Assembly (NCBI GenBank): GCA_030587475.2
Contig: JAUQYZ020000029.1
Coordinates: 1-23,372 of the forward strand
Origin: Candidatus Sigynarchaeum calidifontis
Lineage (GTDB): Archaea > Asgardarchaeota > Lokiarchaeia > Sigyniarchaeales > Sigyniarchaeaceae
Length of the DNA: 23,372 nt
Reading direction: 5' to 3'
Numbering within the stretch: the stretch's first letter is position 1; every line of letters begins with the position of its first letter. Shown here piece by piece: positions 1 through 8,725 of this stretch. Both the position numbers and the translations under genes were made by a program. The notes under the pieces are model-generated. The model was not told the origin of the DNA and searched no databases. It saw only the letters and a program-made list of their open reading frames with translations.

Positions 1-1137
1 CCAATCGCCGGCGGCTTCTAACTGCTTGATCGCCTCGGGATGGAACGTGCCGTTCTTGCCGGGGCCAATGCCGACCATGAAGTTGCCGCCCTTGGCACAC
101 ACGTCGACGAGGTTGTGGATGACCCACTTCGTTCCCTTGTACTTGTCGGGGTCATCATCGTAGGAAAAAGAGCGGCCGAGTGGATAGATGACCATCCACG
201 GCATGTTCGTGTTGGCAGGGTCGCCGGGGACGAAGCCTTCCGGGGTGTAATAGTCGCCGTAGTTGCCGATGCCCCGGTTGCGGAACATGACGGGCGGGTG
301 CATCTTTCGCAGCATCTTGATCGTCTCGCGGACGTGCGGCCAGTTGCGCGGGCCGAAGCGGATATCGAGGCAGCACATGTCGGGCTTGTAGTTGCCGATT
401 ATTTCCACGAGCTGGTCCCTGTGCCGCTTCATCATCCTTGCAGATTCCTCGGCTGTCGGTGGATCCATGACCTCCAGGTAATCGCCGGTGAAAAATCCAA
501 TGGTATGCGCGTCGAAATCGCGAGGATTGTCCATTGCTTCTTCCGTGATGAGCGGATGGTGGCCATAGGGCCGGAAATCCGCGTCGTACCAGTCCGGGTG
601 CGAGAAGTAGAGGTCGATCTTGATGCCGTGCTTCCGGGCCGCGTCGCAGAGCTCCTTGACGACGTCGCGCTTAAACGGGGTTTCCATGATGCTATAGGCG
701 AGGTCGCAATCCTCGATGAACGGCTCGGCTCGCGCGGTCCAGTTGACACGCCTTTTCACGCGGGTCTTCGTGTCGTACATGGAGAAGCCCTCGTGATGTT
801 TCGTCGTGAACGCAAAGCATTTAAACCCGCAGCGGCTGAAAAACTGCATCCATTGCTCCGCGTCGAAGCCCACGGGGTTCCACGTCTTGTAGAGCTCCTG
901 GTATGCCTGGCGCTTCTGCTTGTCCATCTTCAAGTACGGCCACGACTCGCCTTGCAGCTCCCAGATGGAATAGATGCCCCAATGGATCCGGACCCCGAAC
1001 TTCATGTCGCGGAAGGCCTCGTGGGCCTCGACGGGCGCGTGGACGTAGTCCGGCTGCGGGTCCTTCTCGATGTAGAACGCAAATTCCTGCCAGTACTTGT
1101 CCGGCAAGACGATGTTTCGATCCTTCTCGGAAACCAT
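1..1137 (-). CDS. Alpha-L-fucosidase (GH29), 3' end runs off the window (partial, 379 aa visible)
   Basis: Missing from the ORF track because there is no stop in the window. Manual translation from ATG 1137 gives MVSEKDRNIV...FRDMKFGVRIHWGIYS...FDAEQWMQ...TTKHHEGFSMYDT...TPFKRDVVKELCDAARKHGIKIDLYFSHPDW...HNLVDVCAKGGNFMVGIGP. These are GH29 hallmarks (KFGxxIHWG, KHHEG, RDxVxE, KGGN). SD-like AGGAGAG lies between the sulfatase stop and the ATG. Confidence 0.95.
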   Translation of the reverse strand, partial: MVSEKDRNIVLPDKYWQEFAFYIEKDPQPDYVHAPVEAHEAFRDMKFGVRIHWGIYSIWELQGESWPYLKMDKQKRQAYQELYKTWNPVGFDAEQWMQFFSRCGFKCFAFTTKHHEGFSMYDTKTRVKRRVNWTARAEPFIEDCDLAYSIMETPFKRDVVKELCDAARKHGIKIDLYFSHPDWYDADFRPYGHHPLITEEAMDNPRDFDAHTIGFFTGDYLEVMDPPTAEESARMMKRHRDQLVEIIGNYKPDMCCLDIRFGPRNWPHVRETIKMLRKMHPPVMFRNRGIGNYGDYYTPEGFVPGDPANTNMPWMVIYPLGRSFSYDDDPDKYKGTKWVIHNLVDVCAKGGNFMVGIGPGKNGTFHPEAIKQLEAAGDW

Positions 1138-1145
1138 GCTCTCCT

Positions 1146-2576
1146 CTACCTCGCGATCTCCTTAATCCTTTTCTCGCGTGCATCCAGGTCGGGCAGCGGG
1201 AACGTGTCGCCGGTTCTATCGATCCAAGCCTTCAGCATGGCGTTCAAGCGCTTCTTTTCCTTCTCGTGCTTGAAATGGTGGGCGAGGTTCTGGAGCTCGA
1301 ACGGGTCATCGTTCAAGTTGAACATGAGCCATTCAACGCCCTCGAAGCACACGTACTTCCAGCCATCGCGCGTGAGGATGCCTCGCCACGGCTTGTCGAC
1401 GCAGTCCTCGTGGCCGGTCGGGATGACCGATTGCAAGTACGCGGAATCCGGCTCCTTGGGAGCGGGTCTCTTGCCCAGGACGTGGCTGGAGAAATCGGTG
1501 CCCTCCATGGCCTTCGGGACGGGGATGCCGCAGAGCCCGAGCGTGGTCGGGGCGATGTCGACGTGGTTCACCATGGCGTCGGATCGCCGCCCGGCTTGCA
1601 TGCCCGTTCCAGTGCCCGGTGCCTTCCGGCGGGCGATGGCATCGGCGGCGTTCCCGACGATGAAGGGGATCCGGATCGATTCATTGTAGGGGGACGTCTT
1701 GCGCTGGTGGCCGTGGCTGCCGTGCATATCCCCGTGGTCAGAGAAGAAGATAACCATCGTGTCCCGGGCGAGGCCACTCGCGTCGAGGGCATCGAGCACC
1801 CGCCCCACGTTCCAATCCAGGTTCTCGATCATGGCATAGGCGCCAGCCAGGTCGCGTTCCGTCGCTTCCCTGAAGGCCTTGATGGGCGGGACGTTCTCCC
1901 GCCGGTGCAGTGGCTTAGGCGTGAACGTGTCCAGGTCGAAAAAGCGCTCCATGAATTCCTCCGGGGCGAAATACGGGTTGTGGGGTGGTTGCACCGAGAG
2001 GACGGCGAAGAACGGGGCCGGGTCGCCGGGCCCGCTTTCCGCTCGCACGCCCTTTATGTAATCGACGAGGAGGCCCGCGAGGCAGTCGGTCTCGTAGTCC
2101 GGGAGCTTGTACTGGAAGGCTGTCTTGCCCTCGCCGCCGTGCACCCACGTGTCCCATTGCTTGTTGTTGTTCTCGTAACCGATCCATTGCTGGAACCCGC
2201 CGCGCCGCTCGGGTGGCACGACGTGCCGGGCCACGTCGCCATGTTGCTCTTGGAATCCATCGAGGTGCCACTTGCCGAAGTACGCCGTCTTGTACCCGGC
2301 ATCGTTGAACGCGTGGGCGATGGTTTTTTCTTTGGGATCCATGCGGTACTGGTGCCCGGGCACCACCTCGTGCGGGTACTTGCCCGTGAGGAGCGACCCG
2401 CGAAAGGGACAGCACAGCGGGTAGCCCGCGACCGCGTTGATGAAGTTCACGCCGGCCGCCGCGATGGCGTCGATGTTCGGCGTCCTCACGTCTGGGTTGC
2501 CATTGCAGCCCAGCGCGTGCCACGGGTGCTGGTCGCCGAAGATCCAGACGACGTTGGGCCTCGAGGTTTGGTCCAT
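1146..2576 (-). CDS. Formylglycine-dependent sulfatase (S1 family, Cys-type)
   Basis: RPNVVWIFGDQ, CCPFRGSLLTG (CxPxR signature), GYKTAYFGKWHL, PPHNPY, FFSDHGD, DIAPT, DPFELQNL. ATG 2576 is preferred over GTG 2585 because TTTTTAAT lies 21 nt upstream of it. No signal peptide. Confidence 0.95.
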   Translation of the reverse strand: MDQTSRPNVVWIFGDQHPWHALGCNGNPDVRTPNIDAIAAAGVNFINAVAGYPLCCPFRGSLLTGKYPHEVVPGHQYRMDPKEKTIAHAFNDAGYKTAYFGKWHLDGFQEQHGDVARHVVPPERRGGFQQWIGYENNNKQWDTWVHGGEGKTAFQYKLPDYETDCLAGLLVDYIKGVRAESGPGDPAPFFAVLSVQPPHNPYFAPEEFMERFFDLDTFTPKPLHRRENVPPIKAFREATERDLAGAYAMIENLDWNVGRVLDALDASGLARDTMVIFFSDHGDMHGSHGHQRKTSPYNESIRIPFIVGNAADAIARRKAPGTGTGMQAGRRSDAMVNHVDIAPTTLGLCGIPVPKAMEGTDFSSHVLGKRPAPKEPDSAYLQSVIPTGHEDCVDKPWRGILTRDGWKYVCFEGVEWLMFNLNDDPFELQNLAHHFKHEKEKKRLNAMLKAWIDRTGDTFPLPDLDAREKRIKEIAR

Positions 2577-2596
2577 GATCGTCACTCGGCGATGCG

Positions 2597-2620
2597 AATT
2601 AAAAACCTAGTATTAATACT
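2597..2620. promoter_or_regulatory. Divergent promoter region: minus-strand TATA (TTTTTAAT, 2605-2598) and perfect 12-bp palindrome AGTATTAATACT (2609-2620)
   Basis: Seen directly in the AT-rich gap between the divergent sulfatase and flippase genes. The palindrome could be the plus-strand TATA and/or an operator. Confidence 0.55.
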
Positions 2621-2679
2621 TTCAAGCCGTTTTCTAACTATTTCACGCGATCCGGCATCATGGACGCGCGGTACTGGTC

Positions 2680-4518
2680 GTGGTCGTGCTGACGAGCGAA
2701 AATAAGACTCCCGTGCCGGGAAGTGCTCCCGTGCAGAAAGTCGACGAGTGGGCGAACGTCGGGTTCCATCGCCCGCTTGGTGGCCTCCTATACAACATTC
2801 TCTTCGTGATCATTGCTGCTGGGTTTGGCATCGTGTTCGCCGTGTGGTTTATACCGAATATCATCTTTCCATTCCCCCAAGGTCTCGGTTACCAGGACGC
2901 GGTGACCAACCTTTTCGGGCTTGTTTTCACGCTGCTCGACCTTGGTGTCGGCGCGTCGCTCTCGCGTTACGTGGCCGAAGAGAGCATCAAGAATCCGCGA
3001 CATAGTTTAAGATATATAGAATTCTTTATATGGCATCAAATGTTCACGGGCCTGGGCCAGACCACTGCCATTTCTGTTTGGGCCATTTACTTGAACATGG
3101 CCGGCGCAAATCACTTGATCTACCTCGCCTGGTTCGTGACGATTTATTCAACTGTGCAATATCCTGGATGTCTTTGGGTCTTCAACGGATCTCTCGAAGC
3201 TTTTCAACAATATCACAAGGCTCGCCTTGTTAGCTTTATCCAGATCCAGATTTTCGAGAATCTCCTCCGCATCACGTTTATTCTCCTTGGCCGCTGGATC
3301 GGCACCCAACTACCCGCGATCGGCGAGGTCATGGGCGCGACGGCCGGCAGCATCATCGGCATCTACCTGCGCGAGTTCTGCAGCGCCATCCTGTCGGGCC
3401 ACTACCTCGCGGCGGTGCTGCGGAAGATCGACCCGTCGCTGCGGATACGTGACCTGTTCCGGGTCGAGTTCGACCGGCACATCATCAAGAAGTCGCTGTC
3501 CTACGGCATGCGGGCCATGGCACCCGCGCTCATCTATCCCTTCGCCAATTTCTTCGCGATCTTGATCATCACGCTCTACCTCGAGAATTACGCGTCGATC
3601 ATGGGCATGGTCAACCTGGGCATGATGCTTTCCCAGATGGTGACGACGTTCTCGATCACGATCGGGCCGACCATCGGGGAAGCGTGGCTCAACGGCAAGC
3701 AACGGCTCACGGCATATTACCTGGCATCCGCGTACAAGTGGACGTTCGCGATGGGCGGGTTCATGCTCGGCTTGCTCTTCGGCGGTGCCACCATGCTTGG
3801 CATCATCGCTGGATCCAACTTTTTCCTCACGGCCTCCATCATACAAGTCGCGATATGGTTCAAAATCGCAGACATGTTCCAGGGCCTTCATGATTCCATC
3901 TTTACCAACTCCGGCCATGCCGAGTACAACATCATCCTCATCGCCATCGAGCAATCTGTCCGGATCTTCTTGCTCTGGGCATTGATCGTCTGGTTCCCGT
4001 CTGGCTGGTACTCCCTCGTCTTGTCCCAGGGGATAGGCTGGGGCGTGAAATGGCTGGTCGGCTTCGTCATCTTCAACAAGAAATACTTCAAGACCAGGAC
4101 GATCAACGTCTGGCAGACCTTCGTCGCGCCGGCGTTCGCCATCGCGGTCGAGGCCATCTACATCCAGCTGCTCGTGACCTACTTGTACCCGATCGTCTCG
4201 GACATGATCGGCGCGGTGCCAGGTGCCATCGTCGGCATCGTCATCGGGATTTTCAGCGGGCCATTTTTCATTTACTTCCCCGTTTACACGTTCTTCGGCG
4301 GCTGGGACGAGGGCACGTTGAAGGTCGCCGAGCGCGCCGCCGAGATGTCCGGCCCATCCAAGTTCCTCGTGAACCTCATCGTGAAGATCTCCCGCGGCTT
4401 TACCAAGGTCAGCCCGCTGCACAACCGCTTCAAGATCGACGACACGGGCGTGGCGGAGGAGATCGCCGAGCTCATGACGCTGCGATCGAAGCAACACGAA
4501 ATGGCCAAATCCAACTAA
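2680..4518 (+). CDS. Polytopic membrane protein, MOP superfamily (Wzx-like oligosaccharide/lipid flippase)
   Basis: 612 aa with about 13-14 hydrophobic segments. LLDLGVGASLSRYVAE matches the Wzx-type DLGxxxxxxRyia motif, and KKSLSYG matches the typical mid-protein motif. The start codon is uncertain (GTG 2680/2686). Confidence 0.75.
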   Translation: MVVLTSENKTPVPGSAPVQKVDEWANVGFHRPLGGLLYNILFVIIAAGFGIVFAVWFIPNIIFPFPQGLGYQDAVTNLFGLVFTLLDLGVGASLSRYVAEESIKNPRHSLRYIEFFIWHQMFTGLGQTTAISVWAIYLNMAGANHLIYLAWFVTIYSTVQYPGCLWVFNGSLEAFQQYHKARLVSFIQIQIFENLLRITFILLGRWIGTQLPAIGEVMGATAGSIIGIYLREFCSAILSGHYLAAVLRKIDPSLRIRDLFRVEFDRHIIKKSLSYGMRAMAPALIYPFANFFAILIITLYLENYASIMGMVNLGMMLSQMVTTFSITIGPTIGEAWLNGKQRLTAYYLASAYKWTFAMGGFMLGLLFGGATMLGIIAGSNFFLTASIIQVAIWFKIADMFQGLHDSIFTNSGHAEYNIILIAIEQSVRIFLLWALIVWFPSGWYSLVLSQGIGWGVKWLVGFVIFNKKYFKTRTINVWQTFVAPAFAIAVEAIYIQLLVTYLYPIVSDMIGAVPGAIVGIVIGIFSGPFFIYFPVYTFFGGWDEGTLKVAERAAEMSGPSKFLVNLIVKISRGFTKVSPLHNRFKIDDTGVAEEIAELMTLRSKQHEMAKSN

Positions 4519-4542
4519 AAAGAAAAAACATCACTTCTTTTT
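4517..4542. terminator. Bidirectional oligo-T terminator between convergent genes
   Basis: AAAAAGAA...TTCTTTTT gives T-tracts on both strands just after the two stop codons. Confidence 0.6.
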
Positions 4543-5217
4543 TCACGGCACCCAGAACGTGAGCAAGGAATACCCGGAGAAGAGCAAGATCCCATGCACC
4601 ACGGCCAGCGCCCAGATCACGAGGTTCGTCCACCGGTTGAAGACCTTGTCCATCACGGGCGAGATGTCCCACGAGAGCCGTGCCTTGCGCTCTCGCCCTT
4701 CATGCAGCGCCGCGCGGGCGGTCTCGACCCCGGCCACGAGCAGGCCGGCGCCGACCAGCACCCCGAGCACGACCGGCAGCCCGCCTTCCAGCAGCGGCCC
4801 CATCACCACCTCGGCGGCAACGTACACGTGCAAGAAGAGCGCGATGGTCAAGGCGGCGCCGGCAAGGAACAGCAGCGAGACCCAGCTTCCCCGCTTCAGC
4901 AGCCCGGCGAGGATGTACTCCGCCCCCGCGACGACGAGGAGCACGGCCGAGGGCAGCTGGTACCGCCAGTCGGCATAGCCCCACGCGCCCGCGAGCCACG
5001 CGATGCCCGTGTCGAGGAACACGACGGCCAGGACGCCCAAGGTGCAATAACCGAACCGCTCGAGAAACTCGATCATGGAGGCCGACCTTTTCGAGGTGGG
5101 CTTCGCTTGCTTGCGCGCGGTGACGAGCACGGCCATAACGGCGGTCTGCGCGACGGCGCAGATCTGGATGGCGATCAGCGGGTTCAATGTAAGCGTGTGC
5201 AGCATCTTGCGGTTCAC
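4543..5217 (-). CDS. Hypothetical integral membrane protein (about 6 TM)
   Basis: Hydrophobic 224-aa ORF directly downstream of the phosphoesterase stop. GAGGTGA (archaeal SD) overlaps that stop, so the true start may be ATG 5205. Confidence 0.75.
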   Translation of the reverse strand: MNRKMLHTLTLNPLIAIQICAVAQTAVMAVLVTARKQAKPTSKRSASMIEFLERFGYCTLGVLAVVFLDTGIAWLAGAWGYADWRYQLPSAVLLVVAGAEYILAGLLKRGSWVSLLFLAGAALTIALFLHVYVAAEVVMGPLLEGGLPVVLGVLVGAGLLVAGVETARAALHEGRERKARLSWDISPVMDKVFNRWTNLVIWALAVVHGILLFSGYSLLTFWVP

Positions 5218-5218
5218 C

Positions 5219-6508
5219 TCACGCGCGGATCGTTATCGCGTCGATCACGGTGCCATCGAACCCGTAGGTCGTGAACGTCAGGGTCGTGGCGGTCGCCGCC
5301 AGCTCCGTGTAGCAAGGGCTAGCGATGCAGGTGGCGATTTCGGGCGCGGGACGCAGCCCCACGTCCGCGAGCCCCCCGCCCGTGCCCACGATGAAGTAGG
5401 TGAGCGGGTTGTTGGGGTAGGTCGTCCGGTTCACGAGCGTGCCGCGCTCGAAGTGGTGCGCGTGCCCGCTGAACGTCGCGGTCACGTTGTACTGGTGCAA
5501 GATCGGCAGCAATTCATTCTTCATGACGTAATTCTCGCCATAGAAGCCAGCACTCGTTATGGGACAGTGGAACAAGCAAATACGGAAGGGCATGGACTGC
5601 GCCCGCTGGAGGTCCTGTGCCAGCCACGCGAGCTGGTCGGTCGTGAACGCCTGGTAATAGTCCCGCAAGCTCAGCCCGCCATCGCCCTCGTCGTCCAGGT
5701 CGACCTCCGGGAAATGCAGCACCTGGAAGTGGACGCTGCTCCAGTTGAAGCTGAAGTAGAACTGCTGGTACTTGTCGTAGGAATTCTGGTTTTTCACCTT
5801 GTCAACCGATTGCGGGTAGTAGCGGCTGAAATAATACGTCTCCGGCGTGCTTTCATCGTCGTCGAGGTCGCGCGGCCGGTCGTGGTTCCCCCGCACGGGC
5901 ACGAACGGCACGGTGTCATAGTACTTGCTGCCGACCGCGTGGAAGTAATTCCACTCGTCCTTGGTGCCGTCCTCGACCATGTCGCCGACCATCGCAAGAA
6001 ACGAGTAATTCTTGGTGCAAACGATGTTTGCGAAATGCTCATACCAGCCAGGGCCAAATTTTGGCTGCGTGTCCGCGGTAAAAACACACGTGAACGGCGC
6101 ATGCGTGTCGGGCGCGGTCCGGAAGCGACCGCTCGCGTAGATCCCGCTTGGCGTTTCTACCCGGTAGTAATAGACCGTGTTGGGCAAGAGCCCGGTCAAG
6201 TTCACGGAATGGAACGTGGCCGGGACAAGCTCGCTTTCAGTCAAGTTCAAGTTGCCTGGATCCGTGCCATACCGAACCGTGCATGAAACTTCGTTCGGTG
6301 TTTCCCAGCCAACATAGACAGCATGCTGCGGGTCGTCATACCACGAGACCCACGCGGTCCGGGCGACAGGCTTCGTCTTGTAATCTGTCAAGTAAACACT
6401 ATAGAATATCACGAGGGGAGAGACTATCAAGGCCAGCATCAAGGCACGCATCGCGGAGTGATTGGCCCTGGAATCCTTTCCGGGCGTGGTTGGCTTGTTT
6501 GCGCTCAT
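5219..6508 (-). CDS. Membrane-anchored/secreted FN3-domain metallophosphoesterase (purple acid phosphatase-like)
   Basis: N-terminal TM (ALMLALIVSPLVIFYSVYL), an FN3 segment (VGWET...HSVNLTGLLPNTVYYYRV...FRTAP), and calcineurin-like motifs ADTQ, GDMV, GNHD, FHCP, GHAH. Many N-x-S/T sequons. ATG 6508 chosen from TATA spacing. Confidence 0.9.
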   Translation of the reverse strand: MSANKPTTPGKDSRANHSAMRALMLALIVSPLVIFYSVYLTDYKTKPVARTAWVSWYDDPQHAVYVGWETPNEVSCTVRYGTDPGNLNLTESELVPATFHSVNLTGLLPNTVYYYRVETPSGIYASGRFRTAPDTHAPFTCVFTADTQPKFGPGWYEHFANIVCTKNYSFLAMVGDMVEDGTKDEWNYFHAVGSKYYDTVPFVPVRGNHDRPRDLDDDESTPETYYFSRYYPQSVDKVKNQNSYDKYQQFYFSFNWSSVHFQVLHFPEVDLDDEGDGGLSLRDYYQAFTTDQLAWLAQDLQRAQSMPFRICLFHCPITSAGFYGENYVMKNELLPILHQYNVTATFSGHAHHFERGTLVNRTTYPNNPLTYFIVGTGGGLADVGLRPAPEIATCIASPCYTELAATATTLTFTTYGFDGTVIDAITIRA

Positions 6509-6530
6509 GACGGTCACAGCGCGTTCACCT

Positions 6531-6538
6531 TTTATAAA
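6531..6538. promoter_or_regulatory. Palindromic TATA box TTTATAAA shared by divergent genes
   Basis: It lies 22 nt from ATG 6508 (minus) and 21 nt from ATG 6560 (plus). Confidence 0.7.
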
Positions 6539-6559
6539 CACGCCCTATACAATTTCAAT

Positions 6560-7456
6560 ATGGACGGCATCCCCCGCCGAACCGTCATTTTGGACACGGA
6601 CATCGGGACCGACATCGACGACACGTGGGCACTCGGGCTGCTGCTGAAGATCCCCGGGCTCGATTTAAAGCTGGTCACGACGGCGACGCAAGATACCACG
6701 TACCGTGCAAAAATCGTGGCTCGAATGCTCGAGATCGCCGGCCGAACTGATGTGCCCATCGGGATCGGCCCCCGGACCTCCGACAAGGCGGGTCCCCAGA
6801 ATCCATGGGTGCTGGATTATGATCTCGCGTCATATCCTGGCACGATACACGAGGACGGCATCGCGGCGCTCGTGGACGCCATCATGTCGTCCGGCGAGCA
6901 GGTCACGCTCGTCACGATCGGGCCGCTCACGAACATCGCGCTGGCCTTGAAGAGGGAGCCGTGCATCGCGTCGAAGGCCCGCGTCGTTTCAATGCTCGGC
7001 AGCATCCGCGCCGGTTACAATGGCCAACACGGGACGGTTCCCGAGTACAACGTGGCTCAAGACGTGCCCGCCTGCAAGGCCGTGTTCGCGGCACCCTGGG
7101 AAATCACCCTCACCCCGCTCGACACGTGCGGCACGGTCGTGCTCGACGGGAACCATTACGCAACTCTTGCACGTTCCACCGACCCGGTCGTCGAGGCCAT
7201 CATCGAGAACTATGAGACGTGGAACTTTGCTCGCGGCCAGACGACCCGTCCCGTGAAATCATCGGTCTTGTTCGACACGGTCGCCGTTTATCTTGCCATT
7301 GCTGAGGATCACGTTAACATCGAAGCCTTGGATCTCGTGATCGACGGCGACGGGCGGACGCGCATGGAGAAAGGCGGGAAGCCGTGCCGATGCGCGACCG
7401 CGTGGCGGGATTTCGGCGCTTATCTCCAATGGCTCGTGGGGACACTCGTGGGCTAG
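6560..7456 (+). CDS. Nucleoside hydrolase family protein (IU-NH fold)
   Basis: VILDTDIGTDIDD Ca-binding motif, IGPLTNIALA, EYNVAQD, PLD. ATG 6560 is in frame within ORF 6323..7456, and the upstream part of that ORF overlaps the divergent gene. Confidence 0.9.
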   Translation: MDGIPRRTVILDTDIGTDIDDTWALGLLLKIPGLDLKLVTTATQDTTYRAKIVARMLEIAGRTDVPIGIGPRTSDKAGPQNPWVLDYDLASYPGTIHEDGIAALVDAIMSSGEQVTLVTIGPLTNIALALKREPCIASKARVVSMLGSIRAGYNGQHGTVPEYNVAQDVPACKAVFAAPWEITLTPLDTCGTVVLDGNHYATLARSTDPVVEAIIENYETWNFARGQTTRPVKSSVLFDTVAVYLAIAEDHVNIEALDLVIDGDGRTRMEKGGKPCRCATAWRDFGAYLQWLVGTLVG

Positions 7457-7472
7457 GCGGGTTCCCGCTTTT
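7455..7472 (+). terminator. Hairpin plus T-run after the nucleoside hydrolase
   Basis: AGGCGG-GTTC-CCGCTT-TT overlaps and follows the TAG stop. Confidence 0.4.
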
Positions 7473-7519
7473 GTACACATTTACCAGTCCTTAAAAAGTG
7501 TTTTTCATGCTCCTCATCA

Positions 7520-8725
7520 ATGTCTACGCTATGGAACGCGGCAAGGGAAACGAAGATGGACCCGAAGATGGGCGACCGGCCTCCTTCGATGCTGATCGGG
7601 ATCACCGACGAGGGGAAGCTGTTCCGCCATCTCTTCGAAACATCCCCCAACGCCATAGTATTGCTCGATGAAAAGGGCATCGTGAGGGCTTGCAATGCCT
7701 GGACTGAATACATGACGGGATACACCCGTGACGAGATCATCGGCAAAGTTTTTCTCAACTTGCCGTTTCTCACCAAGGAGTCACTCGCGGAACTCGCAGT
7801 GAAGTATCAAGAACTGCGTGCTTCCAAGTCCGGGCAGCTGGATCGGCCGGTCGACGTGCAAGTTCGCAAGAAGGACGGGTCAATACGATGGATCGCCGTG
7901 ATGGGATCCGTCATCGAGATCGACGGCCGGTCGTTGATGCAAGTCATCGGCACGAGCATCGATGCCCACAAGAGGCTCGCGCTCGTGCTCGAAAGGGAAA
8001 ACAAGGCCTTGAAAGCGATCGACGAGCTCCGCAAGCAATTCGTCATGGACGCCACCCACGAGCTCAAGACTCCACTAACAAGCCTTGACGGGGCCATCCA
8101 GATGCTCGATGAAAACTATTCCGCCTTGGATGCAGCCACGATCAAGAAACTCATCTCGTTGATCCGCCGTGGCGCCTTCCGAATGAAGGAGTTGATCGAG
8201 CTCTTGCTCGATTTCTCGCGCATCGAAGCCGGCCGCCTTTCATTGAATATCACGCGCGAAGATCTCGCCACGGTCATAGACAACGCGGTGAAAAGCGTCG
8301 CATTTTTCGCGAGCCAGCGACAGCATCATATCATTGTTGGCATGCTTCCCAAGTTGCATGTAAACATCGACAAGTCCCGGATCGAAGAAGTTATCGTGAA
8401 CCTAATAACGAATGCCATCAAGTACACGCCACCCGGAGGCACCATCGAAGTTAGTGTCATCCCCAGCCAGGCCAGCATTACCGTGTCGGTCAAGGACAGC
8501 GGAGTAGGCCTCACGAGCGACGAAATCCGCAAGCTATTCACGAAATTTGGTAAAATCGACCGGGGTGGCCTCAATGTAGATATCAACGTCCCGGGCTCCG
8601 GCCTCGGCCTCTTCATTTCCAAGGAGATCATCAACCAGCACGGTGGCAAGATCTGGGCGGAATCGGAAGGCCGCATGAAGGGAAGCACGTTCTCGTTCAC
8701 TTTGCCCCTTGCACGTGTGGACTGA
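7520..8725 (+). CDS. Cytoplasmic PAS-domain sensor histidine kinase (PAS-HisKA-HATPase)
   Basis: PAS (FRHLFETSPNAIVLLD...NAWTEYMTGYTRDEIIGK...RKKDGS), H-box ATHELKTPLT, N-box NLITNAIKYT, G1 DSGVG, F-box LFTKF, G2 GSGLGL. CTTAAAAA lies 22 nt upstream. Confidence 0.95.
   Translation: MSTLWNAARETKMDPKMGDRPPSMLIGITDEGKLFRHLFETSPNAIVLLDEKGIVRACNAWTEYMTGYTRDEIIGKVFLNLPFLTKESLAELAVKYQELRASKSGQLDRPVDVQVRKKDGSIRWIAVMGSVIEIDGRSLMQVIGTSIDAHKRLALVLERENKALKAIDELRKQFVMDATHELKTPLTSLDGAIQMLDENYSALDAATIKKLISLIRRGAFRMKELIELLLDFSRIEAGRLSLNITREDLATVIDNAVKSVAFFASQRQHHIIVGMLPKLHVNIDKSRIEEVIVNLITNAIKYTPPGGTIEVSVIPSQASITVSVKDSGVGLTSDEIRKLFTKFGKIDRGGLNVDINVPGSGLGLFISKEIINQHGGKIWAESEGRMKGSTFSFTLPLARVD

Noticed and set aside
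2660-2692. 10-codon uORF MDARYWSWSC overlapping the flippase start
   Set aside because: Too short to distinguish from chance, with only a weak upstream TATA.
40-2705. Long plus-strand ORFs 40..1689 and 903..2705
   Set aside because: Antisense shadows of the GH29 and sulfatase genes with no motifs. They are expected from GC-rich codon bias.
3310-6286. ORFs 3310..4497(-), 4594..5274(+), 5075..6286(+)
   Set aside because: They lie antisense to well-supported genes and have no recognisable domains.
6323-6559. N-terminal extension of the nucleoside hydrolase ORF
   Set aside because: It overlaps the divergent phosphoesterase gene. The family motif and TATA spacing support ATG 6560.
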